Both the position numbers and the translations under genes were made by a program. The notes under the pieces are model-generated. The model did no database searches. It saw nothing but the letters and a program-made list of their open reading frames with translations, and was not told the DNA's origin. Below are positions 46,912 through 56,562 of a stretch of DNA of 64,000 nt, in pieces; position 1 is the stretch's first letter, and each line of letters starts with the position of its first letter. Source of the DNA: Christensenellaceae bacterium (GTDB lineage: Bacteria > Bacillota > Clostridia > Christensenellales > UBA1431); NCBI GenBank assembly GCA_963675355.2, contig CAXXMZ010000024.1, positions 23,307 to 87,306 of the forward strand, read 5' to 3'.

Positions 46912-49470
46912 ATGAGAAAGACGAAGGTGTTTTTTAAGTGCATAGCAGTATGTATTGCTATGTTGATGTCTATCGGCATTATTTTGCCTAGCAGTGTTTT
47001 GGCTGTATCTAATTGTTGTCCTCCAACTCCACAACAAGTGAAATATACAGTAAATTTTGTGGATAAGGAAGGTCATCACATTATTGCTCCACCGGTGGAA
47101 AAAACAGGCACAAAAGGTTCATGGGTGTATGGTAGCGATGAGGCAATTTCGATCAACGGATATGAGTTTTTTAATTCAATTCCAGAAAAGATCAAATTGT
47201 CAAACGATGGCAACAACCTAACGTTGGTTTATGAGGAGTTGTATGATTACCAAGTAAACTACTACCATGAGGGGACTACTACTAAAATTAGTCCAACCGT
47301 TACGGGAGAAGCTAAGAAGGGTGCGTTTATTAATACATGGTATCAAGTTAAATCAATATTTGGATACTCCTATACTGATCGCACGCCTGACTATTGGTTA
47401 CAGATTTCATCTATTGAAGCTAATAACATCATTAACATTTATTATTGTCCAGAGGCAGTGCAATTCACAGTAAAGCATGTGGTGCAGGCCACAGGTGAGT
47501 TGCTAGGTGAAGAGACGCTTAGCGGTAGTCACAATACGTCTGTAACTGTTAACGCTAATAGTTATACGGGGTATACAGCTACTAATGCGCCGCTTACCGT
47601 TACGCCAAAGGAAGGCGAAGAAAACGTATTTACGGTGTATTATGAAGCTAATCCAGTTGAATATACTGTAAAGCATGTGGTGCAGGCCACAGGTGAGTTG
47701 TTAGATGAAGAGACGCTTAGCGGTAGTCACAATACATCGGTAACTGTCAACGCTAATAGTTATACAGGATATACAGCTACCAATGCTCCGCTAACCGTAA
47801 CACCAAAGGAAGGCGAAGAAAACGTATATACGGTGTATTATGCAGCTAATGAAGTTGAATATAAAGTTAAGCATGTGGTGCAGGCCACAGGCGAGTTGCT
47901 AGATGAAGAGACGCTTAGCGGTAGCCACAATATGCCGGTAACTATCAACGCTAATAGTTACACAGGATATACAGCTATCAATGCGCCGCTTTCCGCAACA
48001 CCAAAGGAAGGCGAAGAAAACGTATTTACGGTATATTATGAAGCAAACGAAGTTGAATATACAGTAAAGCATGTGGTGCAGGCCACAGGTGAGTTGTTAG
48101 ATGAAGAGACGCTTAGTGGTAGTCACAATACGCCGGTAACTGTTAACGCTAATAGTTACATAGGATATACAGCTACCAATGCGCCATTTACCGTAACTCC
48201 TATGGAAGAGGAAGAAAACGTATTTACGGTATATTATGAAGCAAACGAAGTTGAATATACAGTAAAGCATGTGGTGCAGGCCACAGGTGAGTTGCTAGAT
48301 GAAGAGACGCTTAGCGGTAGTCACAATACATCGGTAACTATCAACGCTAATAGTTACACAGGATATACAGCTATCAATGCGCCGCTTTCCGCAACGCCAA
48401 AGGAAGGCGAAGAAAACGTATTTACTGTATATTATGAAGCAAACGAAGTTGAATATACAGTAAAGCATGTGGTGCAGGCCACAGGTGAGTTGCTAGATGA
48501 AGAGACGCTTAGTGGTAGTCACAATACGCCGGTAACTGTTAACGCTAATAGTTACATAGGATATACAGCTACCAATGCGCCATTTACCGTAACTCCTATG
48601 GAAGACGAAGAAAACGTATTTACAGTCTACTATGCAGCTAATGATGTAGATTATACAGTTAAGTATGTTGAGCAAGGCAATCCATCACATGAGTTGGCAC
48701 CGACGGATACGTTTACTGGTAAACATGGAGAGAAGGTCGATATTGATGCTAAAGATATCGAAGGGTATACAGTGACTCAGCTGACTCAGAGTATAACACC
48801 TATGGAGGGTGAAGCTAATGAGCTGGTATTTGAGTACACACCTAATTTACAGGTAATAACTATAAAGTTCTTAGAACAGGGTACAGATAAGGAATTAAAA
48901 GCTCCATTGGCTTTAAATGCCTTCTTTGGAGTTGTTATTTATCCAGTAGATCCTGGTAATATTATTGAGGGCTATGATTACGTTAGTAAAACTCCTGATA
49001 AACTTGTAATAGGAGCTAACAACGATGATAATGTGATCATATATTACTTCGCTGCTAGTGAACAGCAATATACTGTTAAGTATTTAAAGAGGGATGATAA
49101 TACTCCAGTAGCTCCTGAAAAAGTAGCGACCGGCGTAGTTGGGCAAGAGATTACAGAATCTCCAATTGATGTAGAGGGTTATTCGCCAGTTGACGAATCT
49201 GATGTCACTATTACTATAGACAAAGAGAACAACACCATAATTTTCTATTATGAAGAAATCGAAATAAAGGTATTGGGTGAGGAAGCAACTTTTGATAATA
49301 CTGATAAAGATGCAGCAGTTACACCGCAGGCGGTAACATCTGGTCAGGAAACTAACCCTCAAACAGGAGAATATCCTTACGATATGTCTTGGTTAGTTTG
49401 GATGATATCTGCAATTGCAGCAACAATGATTCTGTTTGTTTATAAAAAGAAGCAAGCTAAAAAAGAATAA
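46912..49470 (+). CDS. Cell-wall-anchored MucBP-repeat surface protein (adhesin-like) with an NPQTG sorting signal
   Basis: Signal peptide (MRKTKVFFKCIAVCIAMLMSIGIILPSSVLA), about 11 MucBP-like ~66-aa modules (Y.V.Y....G....), and C-terminal NPQTG plus a hydrophobic helix plus KKKQAKKE. Confidence 0.85.
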   Translation: MRKTKVFFKCIAVCIAMLMSIGIILPSSVLAVSNCCPPTPQQVKYTVNFVDKEGHHIIAPPVEKTGTKGSWVYGSDEAISINGYEFFNSIPEKIKLSNDGNNLTLVYEELYDYQVNYYHEGTTTKISPTVTGEAKKGAFINTWYQVKSIFGYSYTDRTPDYWLQISSIEANNIINIYYCPEAVQFTVKHVVQATGELLGEETLSGSHNTSVTVNANSYTGYTATNAPLTVTPKEGEENVFTVYYEANPVEYTVKHVVQATGELLDEETLSGSHNTSVTVNANSYTGYTATNAPLTVTPKEGEENVYTVYYAANEVEYKVKHVVQATGELLDEETLSGSHNMPVTINANSYTGYTAINAPLSATPKEGEENVFTVYYEANEVEYTVKHVVQATGELLDEETLSGSHNTPVTVNANSYIGYTATNAPFTVTPMEEEENVFTVYYEANEVEYTVKHVVQATGELLDEETLSGSHNTSVTINANSYTGYTAINAPLSATPKEGEENVFTVYYEANEVEYTVKHVVQATGELLDEETLSGSHNTPVTVNANSYIGYTATNAPFTVTPMEDEENVFTVYYAANDVDYTVKYVEQGNPSHELAPTDTFTGKHGEKVDIDAKDIEGYTVTQLTQSITPMEGEANELVFEYTPNLQVITIKFLEQGTDKELKAPLALNAFFGVVIYPVDPGNIIEGYDYVSKTPDKLVIGANNDDNVIIYYFAASEQQYTVKYLKRDDNTPVAPEKVATGVVGQEITESPIDVEGYSPVDESDVTITIDKENNTIIFYYEEIEIKVLGEEATFDNTDKDAAVTPQAVTSGQETNPQTGEYPYDMSWLVWMISAIAATMILFVYKKKQAKKE
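47459..48646 (+). repeat. Six near-identical in-frame 198-bp tandem repeats (66-aa MucBP modules)
   Basis: TAAAGCATGTGGTGCAGGCCACAGGTGAG recurs at 47471, 47669, 47867, 48065, 48263 and 48461, an exact 198-nt period. Copies 3+4 resemble copies 5+6, giving a 396-bp higher-order unit. Confidence 0.9.
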
Positions 49471-49482
49471 TGATTAGTTAAT

Positions 49483-49515
49483 AAAAAAAGGGCGGTAATA
49501 TTACCGCCCTTTTTG
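49483..49515. terminator. Bidirectional terminator between the adhesin gene and trxA
   Basis: A7-AGGGCGGTAA-TA-TTACCGCCCT-T5, with a perfect 10-bp stem. Confidence 0.85.
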
Positions 49516-49528
49516 TTTTACCGAAACT

Positions 49529-49855
49529 CTATTTTAAAGCATCTTTAATCTTTGCTATAATGGCTGCCTTTGGCTGACCGCCAACGATTTGCATTAGCTG
49601 CTGATTTCCCTTAAACAAAATTAATGTTGGGATGCTCATAACAGAATAAGTTTGAGCTAAAGATGGTACTTCGTCAACGTTAACTTTACCAACTTTAATG
49701 GTGCCTTCCATCTCGGTTGCAATTTGATCTACAATCGGTGCAACCATTCTGCAAGGCCCGCACCATGCCGCCCAGAAATCGATAAGTACTGGTGTCGATG
49801 AATCTAATACTTCTGTTTTAAAATTATCCTTAGTTATTTCAATAATATTTGCCAT
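49529..49855 (-). CDS. trxA: Thioredoxin
   Basis: 108 aa with WCGPC active site. Confidence 0.9.
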   Translation of the reverse strand: MANIIEITKDNFKTEVLDSSTPVLIDFWAAWCGPCRMVAPIVDQIATEMEGTIKVGKVNVDEVPSLAQTYSVMSIPTLILFKGNQQLMQIVGGQPKAAIIAKIKDALK

Positions 49856-49940
49856 TTAAAAACCACTCCTTGTTCTTTGATAGTATTATTATACCCAAAG
49901 AACAGGAATGGTTCTGTGATAATGTTACAAAACTGCAGGT

Positions 49941-50435
49941 TTATTTTGGCAATTTTGTTGCAGTATAGTTGACTAATCCGCCTGCTTGGATTAATTCTTG
50001 AATAAATTCAGGCAAAGGCTCTATAGTATATGTCTTAGCCTGAGTGGTATTTTTTAGCCATCCTTCACTAAGGTTGGCTTCAAACTTGTCGCCAGACTTA
50101 GCGTCTTTTACAGCTTCTGGACATTCTATTACAGGAAGACTAGTGTTTATTGCGTTCCTGAAAAAGATTCGCGCAAAGCTTTCAGCAACGACACAAGAAA
50201 CTCCGCTTGCTTTAATTGATACTGGAGCATGCTCACGTGATGATCCACAGCCAAAGTTTCGGCCTGCTATGATAAAGTCGCCTTCTTTTACGTTGTTTAC
50301 GAAATCAGCGTCAATATCCTCCATGCAGTGCTTAGCCAGTTCTTTAGGATCGGCTGTGTTTAAGTAGCGAGCAGGTATAATAACGTCAGTGTCTACGTGA
50401 TCGCCGTATACATGTGCAAAACCAAGTAAATTCAT
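49941..50435 (-). CDS. leuD: 3-isopropylmalate/citramalate isomerase small subunit
   Basis: 164 aa; [14 protein letters not shown] motif. Confidence 0.85.
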   Translation of the reverse strand: MNLLGFAHVYGDHVDTDVIIPARYLNTADPKELAKHCMEDIDADFVNNVKEGDFIIAGRNFGCGSSREHAPVSIKASGVSCVVAESFARIFFRNAINTSLPVIECPEAVKDAKSGDKFEANLSEGWLKNTTQAKTYTIEPLPEFIQELIQAGGLVNYTATKLPK

Positions 50436-51721
50436 TATTTTGCACCTCCCATAGTAGTTAAATATTTAGGTGAGCATATTATTCCTGCAATAGCCGAAGC
50501 AGCTGCAACAGCTGGTGAAGCAAGATATACTTCGCTCTTAGGATGTCCCATGCGTCCAACAAAGTTGCGGTTGGTTGTAGCAACAGCTCGTTCGCCTTCA
50601 GCCAATATACCCATATGACCGCCTAAGCAAGGGCCACAGGTTGGGGTTGAAACAGCTGCGCCAGATTCGATGAAAATATCCATTAAACCTTCGTGAACGC
50701 ACTGCATCCAGATTTTTTGGGTTGCTGGAATAATGATCAGCCTAACATTTTCATTGACTTTATTGCCTTTTAAGATTTCTGCGGCGACGCGCATGTCTTC
50801 AATACGTCCATTTGTGCAAGAACCGATAACGACCTGATCGATGGATACTTTAAGTTCTTCAGCTTCAGTAATAGACTTAGTGTTTTCAGGCAAATGAGGG
50901 AATGCAACTGTCATAGGTACCTTTGACAGATCGATCTCGTATGTCTCTAAGTATTCAGCATCATCGTCTGCAATGTATACTGTCCCTTTATGACCTGCAC
51001 GCTCTAGAGAATATTGTTGTGCAACCTCATCAGCTGGGAATATTCCATTTTTTGCACCAGCTTCAATAGCCATGTTAGCCATACAAAGCCTATCTTCCAT
51101 GGTTAGGCAGTTAATGCCGTCACCAGTGAATTCCATCGAAGCATAGCGGGCGCCGTCGACCCCTATCATGCCTATGATATAAAGGATAACATCTTTGCCG
51201 CTCACACCATTTTGCATTTTACCATTAAGATTAAACTTAAGTGCTGGAGGGACTTTAAACCAAGCTTTACCTGTCGCCATTCCAGCAGCAAGGTCGGTAG
51301 ATCCAACGCCGGTTGAAAAAGCTCCAAGGGCACCGTAAGTACAGGTATGGCTGTCAGCGCCGATGATTAGGTCGCCTGGTGCAACTAATCCACGCTCAGG
51401 CAATAGAGCGTGCTCAACCCCCATCTGACCAACTTCAAAGTAGTTTGTGATTTTGTGCTTCTTTGCAAACTCACGCATTTGTTTTGCTTGAGCAGCTGAA
51501 GCGATGTCCTTGTTGGGGACGAAGTGGTCGGGTACTAGCGCAATTTTCTCTGGATCAAAAACGGTTTTAGCACCCATACGTTCAAACTCATTCATGGCTA
51601 GGGGCGAAGTAATATCGTTGCCCAAAGTCATGTCAAGCGTACATTCTATTAACTGGCCAGTACGGACTGAATCAAGCCCGGCATGCGCGGCCAATATTTT
51701 TTGTGTCATGGTCATTCCCAC
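50435..51721 (-). CDS. leuC: 3-isopropylmalate/citramalate isomerase large subunit (short aconitase-family type)
   Basis: [15 protein letters not shown] and CGPCLG Fe-S ligand motifs. GTG start sits 9 nt after AAGGAGG. Confidence 0.85.
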   Translation of the reverse strand: MGMTMTQKILAAHAGLDSVRTGQLIECTLDMTLGNDITSPLAMNEFERMGAKTVFDPEKIALVPDHFVPNKDIASAAQAKQMREFAKKHKITNYFEVGQMGVEHALLPERGLVAPGDLIIGADSHTCTYGALGAFSTGVGSTDLAAGMATGKAWFKVPPALKFNLNGKMQNGVSGKDVILYIIGMIGVDGARYASMEFTGDGINCLTMEDRLCMANMAIEAGAKNGIFPADEVAQQYSLERAGHKGTVYIADDDAEYLETYEIDLSKVPMTVAFPHLPENTKSITEAEELKVSIDQVVIGSCTNGRIEDMRVAAEILKGNKVNENVRLIIIPATQKIWMQCVHEGLMDIFIESGAAVSTPTCGPCLGGHMGILAEGERAVATTNRNFVGRMGHPKSEVYLASPAVAAASAIAGIICSPKYLTTMGGAK

Positions 51722-51748
51722 GTAACAATTCCTCCTTAGAAGTGATAT

Positions 51749-53314
51749 TTAGTTGTTATCTTTCATTAGCTTGTATTCAAGTGAATCAACTAATGCTTGC
51801 CAGCTAGCTTCTATGATATCAGCGGATACACCCACAGTTGTCCAAGTATCCTTAGAGTCAGTGGATTCGATTAAAACGCGAACCTGTGCTGCTGTTGCAA
51901 ACTTTGTATCTAGCACACGTACACGATAGTCGGTCAACGAAATTTCTTCCACTTTAGGATAAAAGCGTTTTAGTGCTTTTCTAATTGCACGGTCTATAGC
52001 GTTGACAGGGCCGTTACCATTAGCAGCAGTTACTTCGTCTTGACCATCTACTTTTATGTGCACCATTGCCGAAGCGGCTTCGCCGCATTTTCTTGGCGGC
52101 TCAATAACCATTGTTTTAAAGTCTTCGAGCAAGAAATATGGTTTATGCATATTTAGCTCTCTAAGGACCATTAGCTCAAACGAAGCATCGGCGCCTTCAA
52201 ACTGATAACCTTGCAGCTCCATTTCTTTAACCTTGTTAACTATTTGAGAAATGGCAGGAGAGTCTTTTGACACGTCTGGTACGATACTTTGTATGCGTTT
52301 TAAGACAGCAGATCGTCCAGCTACCTCGGATATCAAGAATGAACGTTTCGCACCAACTAATTCGGGGTTAATGTGTTCAAACGACTCAGAGTTTTTGGTT
52401 ACAGCATCTATATGCATACCTGCCTTATGTGCAAAAGCGTTAAATCCAACGTATGGGGAACCAGGTTCTATGCCTTGGTTTGCAAGCTCGTGGAATGAAT
52501 GAGCAAACTTCACCATACCCTTCATTTTTTCAGGAGTAATACAATCATAGCCTAGCTTTATCTGTAAGTTGGGTAAGATAGTAAAGATGTTTGTGTTACC
52601 ACATCTTTCGCCCCAACCTGCTATCGTAAATTGCACCATTTTTCCGCCGTTTTGAACGCTACTTATCGCGTTAGCATCTGCCATTCCTGTATCGTTATGA
52701 GCATGTATGCCTATTTTATCACCGAAAATACCCACCATTTTTTTGGTTATCTCGCTTACATCACTTGGGAAACACCCGCCGTTGGTCTCGCAAAGGCATA
52801 GCCAGTCAGCACCAGCATCGTTTGCTGCGTGTAAAGTTTTTAAGGCGTATTCAGGATTTCGTTTATATCCATCAAAGAAATGCTCGGCGTCATAAACGAC
52901 CTCTTTGCCTTGCTCTTTTAAATAGCGAACTGTATCACCAATTATATCAATATTTTGCTGCAAAGTAGCCTTAAGAATGTGCTCAACATGGAAGTCCCAT
53001 GACTTACCAAATATGCATACTACAGGCGTTTGCGCAGAAAGCAATGCTTTGACGTTTGCATCATCTTTAGGATGGATGCCCACGCGGCTGGTAGAACCAA
53101 ATGCAACCAGTTTAGCTTGTTTAAGAGAATGCGACTTCATCCTATCATAAAATGCCGCATCCTTAGGGTTTGATCCAGGGTTACCTGCTTCAATATATGT
53201 TACACCCAGATCATCAAGCATATCAACTATACGCAGTTTGTCTTCGACGGTGAAAGATGCTCCTGGTCCTTGAGCGCCTTCGCGCAAGGTGGCATCATAT
53301 AATACAACTTTCAT
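51749..53314 (-). CDS. cimA: Citramalate synthase-type LeuA-family enzyme
   Basis: LYDATLREGAQ, GKSWDFHV, DAEHFFDGYK, plus a C-terminal LeuA-dimer/regulatory domain. From memory this pattern fits the CimA (TIGR00977-like) branch rather than canonical LeuA. Confidence 0.7.
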   Translation of the reverse strand: MKVVLYDATLREGAQGPGASFTVEDKLRIVDMLDDLGVTYIEAGNPGSNPKDAAFYDRMKSHSLKQAKLVAFGSTSRVGIHPKDDANVKALLSAQTPVVCIFGKSWDFHVEHILKATLQQNIDIIGDTVRYLKEQGKEVVYDAEHFFDGYKRNPEYALKTLHAANDAGADWLCLCETNGGCFPSDVSEITKKMVGIFGDKIGIHAHNDTGMADANAISSVQNGGKMVQFTIAGWGERCGNTNIFTILPNLQIKLGYDCITPEKMKGMVKFAHSFHELANQGIEPGSPYVGFNAFAHKAGMHIDAVTKNSESFEHINPELVGAKRSFLISEVAGRSAVLKRIQSIVPDVSKDSPAISQIVNKVKEMELQGYQFEGADASFELMVLRELNMHKPYFLLEDFKTMVIEPPRKCGEAASAMVHIKVDGQDEVTAANGNGPVNAIDRAIRKALKRFYPKVEEISLTDYRVRVLDTKFATAAQVRVLIESTDSKDTWTTVGVSADIIEASWQALVDSLEYKLMKDNN

Positions 53315-53337
53315 TTCGTCACCTCCATAAACAATAT

Positions 53338-55017
53338 TTATTCGACTATCGCACCCTGTGCAGCCGAGCTTACCATTCGCGCATAACGCGACATATATCC
53401 ATGAGTTATCTTAGGTTCTGGTTTAACCCAGTTTGCTTTTCTCTTTTCTAGCTCATCAGCGCTAACCTTGATATCTATACGTTTTCCAGGGATATCAATG
53501 CTAATGATATCGCCATCTTCAACTAAAGCGATAGGGCCGCACGTAGCTGCTTCTGGTGATACGTGACCGATACTCGCTCCACGTGTAGCACCTGAGAAAC
53601 GTCCGTCAGTAATCAATGCGACCGATTTATCAAGACCCATGCCAGCTATAGCTGAGGTAGGGGATAGCATCTCGCGCATACCAGGGCCGCCTCTTGGTCC
53701 TTCATAGCGGATGACGATAACATCGCCTGATACTATCTTGCCTTCGTAGATGGCAGCAATAGCTTCTTCTTCTGAGTTAAATACGCGAGCGGGGCCAGAA
53801 TGCTGCATCATCTCGGGTGCTACAGCATGCTGTTTTACAACCGCACCGTCTGGAGCCAAGTCTCCACGAAGGATAGCAAGACCACCCTTTTTTGAATATG
53901 GTTTTTCTACGCTTCTGATGACATCATAGTCAAGGACCTTGACGTTTTCAATGTTTTCGCCTAGCGTTTTACTAGTAACTGTAATAGCGTCTGTATTGAT
54001 TACGTTTATTTTGTTTAGCTCTGATATAACAGCATGAACACCGCCTGCTGAGTTCAGATCTTGAAGATGATGCATGCCAGATGGAGCAAGTTTGCATAGG
54101 TTAGGAACCTTAGCACTTACTTTGTTTATTTGGTCTAAATCGATAGGACATCCACACTCATGTGCTAGAGCGGTAAGATGAAGTACCGAGTTAGTGGAAC
54201 AACCAAGCGCCATATCGACAGCCAAAGCATTTTCAAAAGCCTTAGGAGTCATGATATCTAGCGGTTTAATGTCTTTTTCAAGAAGTTCCATAATCTGCAT
54301 ACCAGCCATGCGAGCAAGTCGCTGGCGTGCCGCATAAACCGCAGGGATCGTTCCGTTTCCAGCTAACCCCATACCTAGAGATTCCGTTAGACAGTTCATG
54401 GAGTTTGCGGTAAACATTCCCGAACAACTTCCGCAAGTAGGACAAGCACTTTCTTCTATAGCAGTTAGTTCATCGTTGTCCATAAGACCAGCTTTATAAG
54501 AGCCAACAGCTTCAAATACGCTATTTAAGTCTATAGCACGGCCATTATGCTCAATTGAAAGCATAGGACCGCCGCTTACAAAGATTGAAGGAATATTCAT
54601 ACGGGCAGCTGCCATCAGCATGCCCGGAACTATCTTGTCACAGTTGGGTAAGAACACAAGTGCATCAAAGCTATGAGCAGCAATCATACATTCGCAGGTA
54701 TCAGCGATTAACTCTCGTGTTACCAAAGAATATTTCATGCCAGTGTGTCCCATAGCAATTCCATCACAAACGCCTATGGTACCAAAAGCTATAGGTGTTC
54801 CACCAGCCATTAGTACGCCTTCTTTAACGGCGTTAACCAAGGTATTCATGTGTATGTGCCCAGGGACGATCTCGTTTTGAGCATGAACAACACCGATTAA
54901 CGGACGCTTTATGCTTTCTTGAGTCAACCCAAGAGAAAGAAACAGCGAACGGTGTGGTGCACGCTCAACGCCCGATTTAACTTTATCGCTGCGCATGCTA
55001 CAAGTTTGTTTTTCCAT
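53338..55017 (-). CDS. ilvD: Dihydroxy-acid dehydratase
   Basis: [29 protein letters not shown] and SGGPM motifs. Confidence 0.95.
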   Translation of the reverse strand: MEKQTCSMRSDKVKSGVERAPHRSLFLSLGLTQESIKRPLIGVVHAQNEIVPGHIHMNTLVNAVKEGVLMAGGTPIAFGTIGVCDGIAMGHTGMKYSLVTRELIADTCECMIAAHSFDALVFLPNCDKIVPGMLMAAARMNIPSIFVSGGPMLSIEHNGRAIDLNSVFEAVGSYKAGLMDNDELTAIEESACPTCGSCSGMFTANSMNCLTESLGMGLAGNGTIPAVYAARQRLARMAGMQIMELLEKDIKPLDIMTPKAFENALAVDMALGCSTNSVLHLTALAHECGCPIDLDQINKVSAKVPNLCKLAPSGMHHLQDLNSAGGVHAVISELNKINVINTDAITVTSKTLGENIENVKVLDYDVIRSVEKPYSKKGGLAILRGDLAPDGAVVKQHAVAPEMMQHSGPARVFNSEEEAIAAIYEGKIVSGDVIVIRYEGPRGGPGMREMLSPTSAIAGMGLDKSVALITDGRFSGATRGASIGHVSPEAATCGPIALVEDGDIISIDIPGKRIDIKVSADELEKRKANWVKPEPKITHGYMSRYARMVSSAAQGAIVE

Positions 55018-55028
55018 TGAAATTCTCC

Positions 55029-56021
55029 TTATTCGGTTGGACGGTTCATCATTGAACGGAGATCTTCACCGACGGTCTCCACTATACTAGATTTCTCTTG
55101 ACGACGCTTTGCGTTAAAGTATGGACGGTTTGCCTGATTTTCAAGGATCCAGTTACGAGCAAATTTGCCCTCTTGAATCTCTTTCAAAGTTTCACGCATT
55201 ACATTCTTTGTATCGTCTGTTATTATTTTTTCGCCGATAGTATAATCGCCGTATTCAGCAGTATCACTGATAGAATGACGCATGAAGGATAGTCCGCCCT
55301 TGTTAACCAAGTCGATGATAAGCTTCATTTCATGAACACACTCAAAGTATGCGCTCTCAGGCTGATAACCAGCTTCAACTAGTACGTCAAAACCAGCTTT
55401 CATCAAAGCAGATACTCCACCACAAAGAACACACTGCTCACCGAACAGATCGGTTTCAGTTTCTTCTTGGAAAGTAGTTTCTAGAACGCCAGCGCGAGCG
55501 CCGCCGATTCCTAATGCATAAGCAAGACCTAAATCATGTGCTTCGCCAGATGCATCCTGATATACAGCTATTAGGCAAGGAACGCCAAAGCCTTCCTGAT
55601 ATTGACTACGAACGGTGTGGCCTGGGCCTTTTGGTGCGATCATGAAAACGTCAACGTCGCTTGGAGGAACAATTTGACCAAAGTGAATGTTGAATCCATG
55701 AGCAAAAACTAAAGCGCTACCCGACTTTAGGTTAGGAGCTATGCTTTCCTTGTAAATTGTAGGTTGTTTTTCATCGTTTACTAAAATCATAGTGATGTCT
55801 GCTTGAGAAACAGCATCAGCAGCTGTTGCAACACGTAGTCCAGCAGCTTCAGCGCGTGGCCATGATGGGCTGCCGTTATATAGTCCAACAACTACGTCCA
55901 CTCCGCTTTCCTTAAGGTTGAGTGCATGAGCGTGTCCTTGGCTGCCATATCCAATTATGGCAACCGTCTTATTGCTCAATTTATCCAGGTTACAGTCCTT
56001 CTCATAATACATTTTCGCCAT
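55029..56021 (-). CDS. ilvC: Ketol-acid reductoisomerase
   Basis: [19 protein letters not shown], 330 aa, class I. Confidence 0.95.
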   Translation of the reverse strand: MAKMYYEKDCNLDKLSNKTVAIIGYGSQGHAHALNLKESGVDVVVGLYNGSPSWPRAEAAGLRVATAADAVSQADITMILVNDEKQPTIYKESIAPNLKSGSALVFAHGFNIHFGQIVPPSDVDVFMIAPKGPGHTVRSQYQEGFGVPCLIAVYQDASGEAHDLGLAYALGIGGARAGVLETTFQEETETDLFGEQCVLCGGVSALMKAGFDVLVEAGYQPESAYFECVHEMKLIIDLVNKGGLSFMRHSISDTAEYGDYTIGEKIITDDTKNVMRETLKEIQEGKFARNWILENQANRPYFNAKRRQEKSSIVETVGEDLRSMMNRPTE

Positions 56022-56034
56022 TTTAGTATTCCTC

Positions 56035-56535
56035 CTAAATTGTGTTATAAATTGTGTTAGTATCTCTTTCGAGTGCTACAACTCCGGTACGCATGCTCTC
56101 TAGTATGCCATAATCAGCAAGTAGAGACATCAACGCGGTTATCTTTGGAGTATCGCCGGTAAGTTCAAAAGTCAAGCTGTTTTTCGTTACGTCTAATACT
56201 CGTGCATTAAATGCTGAAGCGGTAGACATAAGCTCACCCCGCTGTGTTTTATCAACCGCAACCTTAATGAGTAACAGTTCGCGGCTAACGCTCTTAGACG
56301 GTGGTAGGACTTGAATTGTTTGTACACAAACCAGCTTTTCAAGCTGGGATACCAGTTGATCTAATTCTCTCTGATCACAGCTAGTAATTACTGTGATTCG
56401 TGAGAGGTGTTCATCTTGAGTTGTTCCGACTGCAAGGCTATCGATATTAAAGCCTCTGCGACTGAATAGACTGGCTACACGAACAAGTACGCCAGCATGA
56501 TTATCAACAAGAATGGACAAAGTATGCTTTTCCAT
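56035..56535 (-). CDS. ilvN: Acetolactate synthase small (regulatory) subunit
   Basis: ACT domain [31 protein letters not shown]. Confidence 0.9.
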   Translation of the reverse strand: MEKHTLSILVDNHAGVLVRVASLFSRRGFNIDSLAVGTTQDEHLSRITVITSCDQRELDQLVSQLEKLVCVQTIQVLPPSKSVSRELLLIKVAVDKTQRGELMSTASAFNARVLDVTKNSLTFELTGDTPKITALMSLLADYGILESMRTGVVALERDTNTIYNTI

Positions 56536-56562
56536 TGGGTACCTCCTTGCAAATGCAGTGTG

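Noticed and set aside
47459-48646. Regularly spaced repeats checked as a possible CRISPR array
   Set aside because: The 198-bp units are contiguous with no unique spacers, in-frame, and encode MucBP modules inside a long ORF.
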